Below are positions 1 to 8,631 of a DNA stretch of 64,000 nt, one piece after another. Position numbers and translations under genes: made by a program. Source of the stretch: Clostridia bacterium. GTDB lineage: Bacteria; Bacillota; Clostridia; JAAYHZ01. A model generated the notes under the pieces. It did not search any database and had not been told where the DNA came from. It saw only the letters and a program-made list of their open reading frames with translations. How positions within the stretch are numbered: the stretch's first letter is position 1; every line of letters begins with the position of its first letter. The stretch is taken from the NCBI GenBank assembly GCA_050950825.1, contig JBMNIH010000006.1:224001-288000 (forward strand), in the 5' to 3' direction.

Positions 1-33
1 GTTTACAACCCCCTCTCTTATCTCGGGCTATCT

Positions 34-1752
34 TTAGACGATAACCCGGAAAAATTCTTCGATGGATGTGATTCCTTCCTTGACTTTATCAAGACCGTCC
101 ATTCGTAATGTAACCATTCCCTCTTTTTTCGCTTCTTCTTCAATCAAAGTTGCATTGGCATCGGAAAGTATCAGCTTTCGAATGGAATCCGAAATATGTA
201 AGTATTCATAAATCCCCACACGCCCTTTATATCCGGTATTGTTGCAGTGGAGGCATCCCTTCGGTTTATACAAAGTAATTTTCTTAACACCTTCATCCGC
301 GGGAAAGTCCGGTATTTTTCTTAAAAGCTCGTCGACCGGCATTTCGTAAGCTTCTTTGCACTCCAGACACAATCTTCTTGCCAGTCTTTGGGCAATAACA
401 CCCGATAATGCTGACGCGGTTAAATAAGGTTCAACTCCCATTTCGCTTAAGCGAGTTACCGCCGACGAGGAATCGTTGGTGTGCAACGTGGAAAGTACCA
501 AGTGCCCTGTCAAAGCCGATTCCACCGCGATTTTAGCTGTCTCCTTGTCACGGATCTCCCCGACCATGATAATATCCGGGTCGCTCCTTAATATGGACCG
601 CAAACCCCTAGCAAAGGTCAAACCGGCACGCTCGTTAATTTGTATTTGATTAACGCCATCCAGTCTTCGCTCGATGGGGTCTTCCAAAGTAATGATGTTT
701 TTGTCGACACTGTTCAATTGCTGCAGGGTAGCATAAAGCGTCGTACTCTTTCCGCTTCCCGTAGGTCCCGTTATCAATATGAATCCGTAAGGATACCGAA
801 TCACTTTTTGATATCCTTCATATTGCTTTTTTGGAAATCCTAACTCTTCTAACGTAATAATCCTTGCGCTTCTTTCCATCAGACGCATGGTAATTTTTTC
901 GCCGTATGGAGTGGGAAGAGTGGCTACACGTATGTCCACAACCTTTCCTTCATAACTTTTGGATATTCTGCCGTCTTGCGGTATTCTGCGTTCGGCGATA
1001 TCCAACCCGGCCATTACCTTGATTCTCGAAATCAAAGCGTTTTTGATGGAGTTCGGCTGCGTCATGATTTCATGAAGAACACCGTCAATACGATAACGCA
1101 CTTTTACTCTCTTTTCCATCGGTTCAATGTGAATATCGCTGGCACCTACTCGGATACCGTAGTTCAATATTTGGTTGGCCAATTGAACCGCCGGACGCTC
1201 TTGCGCATCGGATATGAGCTTTTCCGTTTGTTCCTGTTCCAATTGTTGTTGAGGTTCTTCTTCGCTACCGGCTACGGCTTCTATATGGGTACTCATATTA
1301 TCGAATTGTGCGATTACTGCACTCAACTCTTTTTCATTCACTTCAACAGGTTCGATTTCGTATCCGGTTATAATCTTCAAGTCGTCTATGGCAATAATAT
1401 CGTTCGGAGATTGCATTGCCACAATCAATCTCTTGTTATCGTTCGAAAATCCTATGGGTAAAGCTTTGTATCGCTTTGCCACTTCGGGAGATATTAAATT
1501 GGAAGCCGAAAAATCAATAGAATACTCATTCAAACTAACGGTTTTGACACCGTCTCTTTTGCTCAATACGCCGGATACATCCCATTCGGTGCAGAAACCA
1601 AGATCCACTAAAATGGCACCCAGTTTTTTAACTATGCCTTGGCGCTGCAATTCCATTTGCTTCTCAATGGCAATTTCCAATTGCTCCCTATTGATAATTC
1701 CCTTGTCGATTAATTGCTCACCTATGTATTTTTTAACCAGATTGTCAGCCAA
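34..1752 (-). CDS. pilB: Type IV pilus assembly ATPase PilB (GspE/PulE family) with N-terminal MshEN-like region
   Basis: Walker A GPTGSGKSTT, Walker B IIMVGEIRD, His box TGHLVLSTLHTN, tetra-Cys CLEC...CLHC, ASDIHIEP motif. Confidence 0.95.
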   Translation of the reverse strand: MADNLVKKYIGEQLIDKGIINREQLEIAIEKQMELQRQGIVKKLGAILVDLGFCTEWDVSGVLSKRDGVKTVSLNEYSIDFSASNLISPEVAKRYKALPIGFSNDNKRLIVAMQSPNDIIAIDDLKIITGYEIEPVEVNEKELSAVIAQFDNMSTHIEAVAGSEEEPQQQLEQEQTEKLISDAQERPAVQLANQILNYGIRVGASDIHIEPMEKRVKVRYRIDGVLHEIMTQPNSIKNALISRIKVMAGLDIAERRIPQDGRISKSYEGKVVDIRVATLPTPYGEKITMRLMERSARIITLEELGFPKKQYEGYQKVIRYPYGFILITGPTGSGKSTTLYATLQQLNSVDKNIITLEDPIERRLDGVNQIQINERAGLTFARGLRSILRSDPDIIMVGEIRDKETAKIAVESALTGHLVLSTLHTNDSSSAVTRLSEMGVEPYLTASALSGVIAQRLARRLCLECKEAYEMPVDELLRKIPDFPADEGVKKITLYKPKGCLHCNNTGYKGRVGIYEYLHISDSIRKLILSDANATLIEEEAKKEGMVTLRMDGLDKVKEGITSIEEFFRVIV

Positions 1753-1788
1753 TTTACACCAACTTCATTCGTTATTTATTTTTATTCT

Positions 1789-2367
1789 TTAACCGTTTGT
1801 TTTGTTAAAGAAAGTCCCTCCGATTATTTCGACCGTTATTTGCGTACCATCCGGAGTAGAATCCCTTTTTATCACATTGATTTTTTCGATAACATACAGG
1901 CGTTCAGTCACCGATAAATCATCAAGTATATTAATCAAACCTGCATAGTCACAGGTTAGTGATAACGTAAATGGTATGCGATAAATCTCCTTACTGAATC
2001 CACTCATTTTAACATAGTTATCAAATCGAATTTGCGACATGGTACCGCCGTGCTCGGTTATGATGCCCGTGATCAAATCTACGATCCCCGTTTCTTCGCT
2101 TTCTTTAGGTATGTATTTGTCGCTAATCGCATGAGCATATTCCAAGATAGCTTTATCCGCTTTCAAACCTTCTAAAAAGATTAATTGATTCTTGTTACTT
2201 AATAACATGTCTTCTTTTATTTGCAGCTCCGCTTCTACGGCCTTTTTCTTCGTAATGGTCTTCCCGATCATCACGGAAGAAAACAGAATAATTGCCGTGG
2301 ATACTACAATGATAACAATATCAAAAATTTGGTGTAGACTGATTCTTTTTCTTTTTCCGTTATCCAT
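1789..2367 (-). CDS. pilO: PilO-like inner-membrane alignment protein
   Basis: N-terminal TM helix, coiled coil, C-terminal IPFTLSLTCDYAGLINILDDL..ERLYVIEKINV pattern; follows pilM-pilN. Confidence 0.75.
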   Translation of the reverse strand: MDNGKRKRISLHQIFDIVIIVVSTAIILFSSVMIGKTITKKKAVEAELQIKEDMLLSNKNQLIFLEGLKADKAILEYAHAISDKYIPKESEETGIVDLITGIITEHGGTMSQIRFDNYVKMSGFSKEIYRIPFTLSLTCDYAGLINILDDLSVTERLYVIEKINVIKRDSTPDGTQITVEIIGGTFFNKTNG

Positions 2368-2369
2368 CT

Positions 2370-2933
2370 TTATTCACCTTCCTTTAGCGGAACTTCCAAA
2401 GTGAACCGATAAGACTTTGCTCCCGAGCCGTCTGTCGTCTCTTGAAGCATTTTGCAATAGACTTCACGGACATATTCGCTTTCTTTCATCCGGCTCATCC
2501 AAATGGCCAGACTCTCTTGTTTCGTAGAAGTACCTTCAATAATGGCTTTCCTATCAGACTCAGAGCCGGTTAAATCTGTATTAATTCTTAGAATAAGGAT
2601 ACCGCCGGGTGCATTGCTGCACAGTTCATAAATAACCTTATTTGCAGGCAGTATCCCTTCCGTTAACTTTTTGAAATCGTTTATATTTTGGTTTATTTGG
2701 TTATATTGATTCAGAAGCGATTTTAACTCCGCGATTTGCGAACTCACTTCAAGATTATCACTATCCATAGCCTCAAGCTCCGTAATCGGTACCGGCATCA
2801 ATAATCCCATTGCACCGTACGCAAACATTGCAATTACGGCAACAATCAATAAGATGACGGCAGCTAACGTTAGTCTTTTGGACAAAACAATGTCCTTTTT
2901 TATATAATCGGGCAGTAAACTAATGTTTCTCAA
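2370..2933 (-). CDS. pilN: PilN-like protein
   Basis: N-terminal NISLLP (INLLP-like PilM-binding motif), TM helix, coiled coil; overlaps pilM stop. Confidence 0.8.
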   Translation of the reverse strand: MRNISLLPDYIKKDIVLSKRLTLAAVILLIVAVIAMFAYGAMGLLMPVPITELEAMDSDNLEVSSQIAELKSLLNQYNQINQNINDFKKLTEGILPANKVIYELCSNAPGGILILRINTDLTGSESDRKAIIEGTSTKQESLAIWMSRMKESEYVREVYCKMLQETTDGSGAKSYRFTLEVPLKEGE

Positions 2934-3895
2934 AAGGTTCCCTCCAATCCCCGAATAGCTAAGCCGGCGGCAACCCCGTATTCTCCGGGTATTTGTATAT
3001 CCGCCGTCTTGTTTTTCTTGTCTGATAATATTTCAAAAGGATTGACCGGAATGAGACGAATTCCCGCATCGTCGTTCATGGCTTGCAGGAATCGTTCATT
3101 TCGACACAAGAGTCCGGTCATGTAGATGTTGCCTATGTTCGTATCCGGATAATTTTCCTTAAAATAATTGACGGAAGCGATGATATCGCCGGATATGGAA
3201 CTCGTCAATGACGATAGATCATGGTTTGGGTCCGTACCGGATACATGTTCATCCGTTATTTTCACGCTCATGTTTCGTACAAAAACCGGTTTTCCGTAAG
3301 AAGTAATAACAAGCACCGAAATATCTTTGCAAAGATTGATGGATATATTGGTTCCGGATAGCTGTTCCTCTGTGAGGATCTTCGATAGAGCCAGCGCCGA
3401 TATGTCAATGTCCACAACTCTTAAACCGGCATCTTGGATCGCATCAATATGCTGTTGTATCATGTTTTTTCCTCCGGCTACCAGCATCACTTTTATGACG
3501 TCAGGCCTTCCCGCTACATTGTCGTCAATGACCAAATAGTCCAACTCTACCGTCGAGAGCGGCACAGGTAGATGATCCTGAGCCTGAAAGAGGATGCTTC
3601 TGTCCACATGTTCCGGATTTGTTTTTGGCATATTGGCAACTCTTACTAAAACATATTGGTTGTTTAGGCCTAATAGAACATCCTTCGTATTTATACCCGC
3701 TTCTTTCCATAGTTTCTTTAATGAATTGGAAACTTCGTCGGGTTTTTTGATAAAGCCGTCTTTGACGGCACCTTCAGGTAAATCTATAGATCCGACATTT
3801 AATAACCTTGGCTTCGGTGAACCTTGTGCCAATTCTACTACTCTGATCTTATCAGGGCTAATTTCCAAACCGGCTATCTTTTTTTGAAAAATCAT
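2930..3895 (-). CDS. pilM: Type IV pilus assembly protein PilM (actin/FtsA-like fold)
   Basis: GLEIS...IRVVEL, LPEGAVKDG, AGLRVVDIDISALAL, VAAGLAIRG; likely start ATG 3895 after GAGG (ORF track starts at 3934). Confidence 0.9.
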   Translation of the reverse strand: MIFQKKIAGLEISPDKIRVVELAQGSPKPRLLNVGSIDLPEGAVKDGFIKKPDEVSNSLKKLWKEAGINTKDVLLGLNNQYVLVRVANMPKTNPEHVDRSILFQAQDHLPVPLSTVELDYLVIDDNVAGRPDVIKVMLVAGGKNMIQQHIDAIQDAGLRVVDIDISALALSKILTEEQLSGTNISINLCKDISVLVITSYGKPVFVRNMSVKITDEHVSGTDPNHDLSSLTSSISGDIIASVNYFKENYPDTNIGNIYMTGLLCRNERFLQAMNDDAGIRLIPVNPFEILSDKKNKTADIQIPGEYGVAAGLAIRGLEGTF

Positions 3896-3943
3896 ATGCA
3901 AAACCTCACAATCAAACAATACCTGACTTGACATTAAACTTCT

Positions 3944-5146
3944 TTACGATGAGGTAACAGCGGTAAATATTGGTAAGTAAAGGGAAAGAAGCATACCGCC
4001 TACAACCAATCCGACAATAATCAACATTAAAGGCTCAATAATGGCAGATAAACCTTTCGTCATCGTTGCTACTTCCGTTTCATAGAATTCCGCAATTCTG
4101 TCCAATAATTCCGGAAGTCTTCCCGATTCCTCTCCAACTTTAATCATGTGAACCACCATCGGCGGGAAAACACCGGTTGCTTCTAATTCTGTCGCAATAC
4201 TACCTCCTTCTTCTATTCTTTTTGCAGCATGTATTACGGCATCTTCCAATATGTAGCTTCCGGATGTAGGACCTGCGGTTAGAATCGCTTGCACAACAGG
4301 AATTCCTCCTGCCATTAGTGTTGCAAGTGTACGGCAAAATCTTGCTACCACCGCCTTTTCTTGTAACGGACCAAACCCCGGGATTTTAAACTTCAATTTC
4401 TCAAGCGCTCGTCTTACGGCATCCTTGCTCTTAAACACATTAAACAATATAACGAGAGCTATAATAGCCAGAATGAATAGGTACCATTTGCTTCGCCATA
4501 CATCTGAGAAATTAAATAATACTTGCGTTATACCCGGAATTTTCGTACCGGGAGGAATCATTCCTTTAAACATGGGAATTAAAAACGTTATCATAGCAAT
4601 TAAAACAAGTAAAGCGAAACTTAATACCATCTTGGGATAAAAAGTGGCGGCTTTCACGGAGTCTTTTAAAGCCTTTTCCTTTTCCATTTGATCCGCCAGC
4701 CTTGTCAAAGAGGTATCAAGCATACCTCCCAATTCACCGGCTTCGATCATGCTGACATACAACTTGGAAAATATTTTGGGATACGCTCTGAATGCTTCCG
4801 TCAAAGACATCCCGCTTTCCACTTCTCGCACGATGTTACTCAACGCCTTGACCAAGGACGGGTTACCTCCCTGAGATGCTAAGGTGTTGAGCGCTCTCGT
4901 TACCGGGATACCGGAAGACAGCATGGAAGCCAGTTGTCTTGACAAGACGCCTAATTCTCCTTCCTTTACCTTTTTCTCATTGGAAAGAAAATCATCTAAA
5001 AACCCGCTTCTCGCCGGTTTGATATCCACGACGGTTAACTGCATCCTTTTCAGTTTTTCCACCGCTTCAAAATCATTCTCGGCATTAAGTCGGCCGGTTA
5101 TCGTTTCGCCTATTTTGTTAATACATTCATAATTATAAATAGGCAT
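3944..5146 (-). CDS. pilC: Type IV pilus platform protein PilC (GspF family)
   Basis: RQLASMLSSGIP, SMIEAGELGG, MIKVGEESGRL, IIEPLMLIIVG..YLPIF. Confidence 0.95.
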   Translation of the reverse strand: MPIYNYECINKIGETITGRLNAENDFEAVEKLKRMQLTVVDIKPARSGFLDDFLSNEKKVKEGELGVLSRQLASMLSSGIPVTRALNTLASQGGNPSLVKALSNIVREVESGMSLTEAFRAYPKIFSKLYVSMIEAGELGGMLDTSLTRLADQMEKEKALKDSVKAATFYPKMVLSFALLVLIAMITFLIPMFKGMIPPGTKIPGITQVLFNFSDVWRSKWYLFILAIIALVILFNVFKSKDAVRRALEKLKFKIPGFGPLQEKAVVARFCRTLATLMAGGIPVVQAILTAGPTSGSYILEDAVIHAAKRIEEGGSIATELEATGVFPPMVVHMIKVGEESGRLPELLDRIAEFYETEVATMTKGLSAIIEPLMLIIVGLVVGGMLLSLYLPIFTAVTSS

Positions 5147-5164
5147 ATAGTCTCTCCTTCGCGA

Positions 5165-6286
5165 TTACCATTTATTATCATTTGAGTTTGGATTTGGATC
5201 TACAAAGTTACCGTATTTCATCATTCGATCGATTTCCGTTTTGTCGATACAGTGCTCGTATACAGTTTCTTTAGAAATTTCACCTTGGTTATACAGCTTC
5301 ATTAAAGCCATATCCATCGTCTGCATTCCTAAAGCGCCTCCCATTTGGATAGCGTTATACAATTGGTGTTCCTTGCCTTCTCTTATTAGAGATTTTATTG
5401 CCGGTGTATTTATCATAAACTCGATGGCAACACATCGACCGCCCGATTTTTTCTTCAATAATTGCTGAGATATGATACCTCGTAAACAATTGGCCAATTG
5501 CTGTCTAATTTGCTCTCTTCTTTCCGCACTGAATACGTCTATAATGCGGCTTATGGTCAAAGGTGCCGTCTGGGTATGGAGAGTGGAAAACACCAAATGA
5601 CCGGTCTCCGCAGCGGTTAATGCAATGGATATACTTTCCAAATCTCTCATCTCTCCGATTAATATAACATCAGGGTCATGTCTTAGCACATGCCGTAAGG
5701 CTTCGGCAAAGGAATGGGTATCGATACCCAACTCTCTTTGCCTAACCGTACTCAGTTTATGCCTATGCAAGAACTCGATAGGATCTTCTATGGTAATAAT
5801 ATTCGCTTTTCGTTCGCGATTGATAATATCAATCATGGACGCTAATGTGGTGGATTTGCCTGCCCCTGTCGGTCCGGTTACCAAAACCAATCCTCTGCTG
5901 AGAAAACACAGTTCCCTCAACTGTGGAAGCAATCCTAGTTGTTCGAAATCCGGAACAACAAAAGGAATGGCTCGGAAAACCATAGCGATGGAACCTCGCT
6001 GCTTCATCGCATTTCCTCTGAAACGTGCCAAACCCGGTATGGAGTATGAAAAATCCAGTTCCCATGTTTTCTCGAAGTGTTCGAATTCCTCTTGCGTAAC
6101 CACTTCCCGAAGCAAGTGAATCAGGTGGCCGGGTTTTAACTCCGGTAATTCTTCGATCCTTTCAATCTCACTGTTAATTCGAAGGCACGGTTTGGTTCCC
6201 GCTACCAAATGCAAATCGGAACTGCCGTATTCCATCATTAATTCGAACAACTCCACCATGGAAACTTCGTACTTTATTTCCATCAT
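5165..6286 (-). CDS. pilT: Retraction ATPase PilT
   Basis: SDLHL, Walker A GPTGAGKSTT, DPDVILIGEMRD, AETGHLVFSTLHT, AIKSLIRE (AIRNLIRE-like). Confidence 0.95.
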   Translation of the reverse strand: MMEIKYEVSMVELFELMMEYGSSDLHLVAGTKPCLRINSEIERIEELPELKPGHLIHLLREVVTQEEFEHFEKTWELDFSYSIPGLARFRGNAMKQRGSIAMVFRAIPFVVPDFEQLGLLPQLRELCFLSRGLVLVTGPTGAGKSTTLASMIDIINRERKANIITIEDPIEFLHRHKLSTVRQRELGIDTHSFAEALRHVLRHDPDVILIGEMRDLESISIALTAAETGHLVFSTLHTQTAPLTISRIIDVFSAERREQIRQQLANCLRGIISQQLLKKKSGGRCVAIEFMINTPAIKSLIREGKEHQLYNAIQMGGALGMQTMDMALMKLYNQGEISKETVYEHCIDKTEIDRMMKYGNFVDPNPNSNDNKW

Positions 6287-6321
6287 ATCTGCTCCTTGTT
6301 TTTCTCATTTTGGTTACACCA

Positions 6322-8007
6322 TTACGGATTATCCATTTTCGCAATCATATCGCTAACCAATTGGATTTCTTCGGGTGTACCTTCAACATACATAATATAA
6401 TGGAATGAATCTCCTCTGGCAATGTTGCCGGATATGTAAAATTGTTCTTTCAATAAACCTGTTAATTTTACTAAAATATCCCTGCGCGCTTCTAACTTCT
6501 GCTGACCGTCTATAACCGTAGAATAATCCACCGGTACTCGTATTGCCGTTCCCTTCACATCCAAGCCGTTGATCAACTCTCTTACTTCGTCTTGCATGTA
6601 TTCCGGGCACACAACCAATAAGTCTTTACTGAATTTTGCTAAGTTCATCGTATAAACGTTGAGATTTTCAATCGCCATAGATTCGATTCGTGCAGCCGCT
6701 TCTTGGGCCGTTATATTATTCAACCGGTGGTGATAGTATTTTGTTTTATCGGCTAAGTAGCGTTGATCCAATCCGTCTACCAGTTCAAGGAAAGATTTAA
6801 AGGCATCGGGTTTTGCATGAACCAAAACCACGCTAGGATAAAAATCCAAAGGAAATACGGTAACTTCCGGAAGCAAACCGGATACGATATCCGCAATATC
6901 TTCGTAAACTATATGTTGAAAGCTGTAATGATAAAGAACATATTCGGAATCATCCAAACCGCCTTCCGGAGGAGCATTCTTTTCGATATCCATCTTATTT
7001 TTTACTTCCAAGAAATTGGATATGGCATTGGAATCCCCGTTCACCCAAACGGTTTTCGGATTGTTGGGTACCGTTATCATATCGAGTTGAATTCCAAGTC
7101 CGGATACGATGTTTCTAAGCATATCGGCCGTTATGTACCGTAACTCGTATTGCCTTAAGTATATTCTCGTTTCGTTGACAACCTCATCCGGAAAGTATTC
7201 TTTTTTATCTAAGATGGTTATAAGTTCGGCTACTTTAGCCAATTCTTGCGGTGTTCCTTGGACAAATAAATGATTGGGAGTGGAAGATAAGAAAATGTTC
7301 GTAAGTTCTAATCCTAAGGCTGCTATCTGCGTGCTTAATACTTCTGCAGGTATGTATTTTAACTTAAAATCCTTCAAGGTTATTTCATTAAAGAAATTTT
7401 TCTTCAGCATATCAATAGGACCAATAATTATAATATTGCCGTCTCGTATATACGACAACTTTTGTCCGGAAGGCTGTACCGTTTTTAAAAACATATCTAA
7501 TGCTTTCTTGGGCTTTACATTTTCGACAACGAATGTTGCCGTGTCATCCTGCCCTATATAGAAGATATATTCGTTTACATATAAGGCTATGGAAGATAGG
7601 ATGTCACGGACACTTGCATTTAACATGGCAATAGAAATTTCCGGCGAATCATCTTCCTCTGACAATAAATACTCCGACAAAAATTCATATGTAGTTGTTT
7701 CCTGATCGTCTTTCCCTTCCTCTTCGCTCAATTCGGTTTTGACACCTTTTTCAGGAGGTGATTCTGATATTAACAGTTTTTGACCGGGAAAGATGATATT
7801 TTTGTCTTTGATACCGTTAGCCGCCGCTAAAGCATCCACATCTACGCCAAATTGATTTGCAATATTAGAAAGCGAATCTCCCGTTTTAACGACATAGTAT
7901 ATCGCTTCTGCATATACTTGAAAAGAAAAGGACATAATCAAAACCATCGTAACCGCTAGAGCAACGATTCGCTTAAAATTATTTTCACTTTTTACAGGAT
8001 ACCTCAT
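6322..8007 (-). CDS. Secreted LysM protein with secretin N0 domain and 4-5 secretin N (KH-fold) repeats but no secretin beta-barrel (PilQ-like)
   Basis: Signal peptide ending VYA-EA; LysM YVVKTGDSLSNIANQFGV...IFPGQKLLI; N0-like EISIAMLNASVRDILSSIA; repeats of the form xxLxYIxAxxL...LxVxGxP..L..V..LI..LD; protein ends after the last repeat. Confidence 0.75.
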   Translation of the reverse strand: MRYPVKSENNFKRIVALAVTMVLIMSFSFQVYAEAIYYVVKTGDSLSNIANQFGVDVDALAAANGIKDKNIIFPGQKLLISESPPEKGVKTELSEEEGKDDQETTTYEFLSEYLLSEEDDSPEISIAMLNASVRDILSSIALYVNEYIFYIGQDDTATFVVENVKPKKALDMFLKTVQPSGQKLSYIRDGNIIIIGPIDMLKKNFFNEITLKDFKLKYIPAEVLSTQIAALGLELTNIFLSSTPNHLFVQGTPQELAKVAELITILDKKEYFPDEVVNETRIYLRQYELRYITADMLRNIVSGLGIQLDMITVPNNPKTVWVNGDSNAISNFLEVKNKMDIEKNAPPEGGLDDSEYVLYHYSFQHIVYEDIADIVSGLLPEVTVFPLDFYPSVVLVHAKPDAFKSFLELVDGLDQRYLADKTKYYHHRLNNITAQEAAARIESMAIENLNVYTMNLAKFSKDLLVVCPEYMQDEVRELINGLDVKGTAIRVPVDYSTVIDGQQKLEARRDILVKLTGLLKEQFYISGNIARGDSFHYIMYVEGTPEEIQLVSDMIAKMDNP

Positions 8008-8040
8008 GCTGTCCTCCTGAATTATTAAACTATTGGTATG

Positions 8041-8553
8041 TTATTCGAACAAAGATAATATGACACGATTTCCGCCTACCTCTTCCACAGTAACCGTTTC
8101 CTTTCGAATCTCGATTACTTTAAGTACATCATCAATTTCACCGTTTTTCTCGAGAATATAGGAAACACCGCCGGCAGAAATAACACAACAACTGTTACCC
8201 TTTTCACTATAGACAATACCTTTTAATTGATATTGGGAAGTACGGAAAGGGTCCTTTTGAAGTTCCGAATCAGACAATGCTCTTTCTCTAATCGGTAGCA
8301 AATTCAATATTCTCTCACCCACGTCGGTATTTGATGTCATTTGGGACGATTCTCCGGATGGAGTTGTGATGGTAGGATTGGTCGTTGGAGGTGCGGACAC
8401 TTGCTGTTCGGAACCGAACATACCCGAAAATACATAAATGTACAATAAAACAATTATCAAAACTACTAACACCGGCAACACGAAGACCAAAGACTTGTTT
8501 TCTTTAAAAAACTTCTGAGCCTTTGATTCTTTCTTACCGCTATACTCACTCAT
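8041..8553 (-). CDS. PilP/GspC-HR-like protein with N-terminal TM anchor
   Basis: TM helix, P/T/S-rich linker, KDPF motif, then beta-rich YQLKGIVYS...VIEIRKETVTV; directly upstream of the secretin-N protein. Confidence 0.6.
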   Translation of the reverse strand: MSEYSGKKESKAQKFFKENKSLVFVLPVLVVLIIVLLYIYVFSGMFGSEQQVSAPPTTNPTITTPSGESSQMTSNTDVGERILNLLPIRERALSDSELQKDPFRTSQYQLKGIVYSEKGNSCCVISAGGVSYILEKNGEIDDVLKVIEIRKETVTVEEVGGNRVILSLFE

Positions 8554-8587
8554 AACCTTTTACTCCCCGCTTAAAGAACTCAATTTC

Positions 8588-8615
8588 ATTGTAACACAAA
8601 AAACCATAATTTCAA
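8588..8615 (-). promoter_or_regulatory. Putative sigma-A promoter of the pilP-pilB operon
   Basis: Minus strand TTGAAA-16 nt-TACAAT with TG extension, just outside the IS target duplication. Confidence 0.45.
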
Positions 8616-8631
8616 GTAACAATACAATAAT

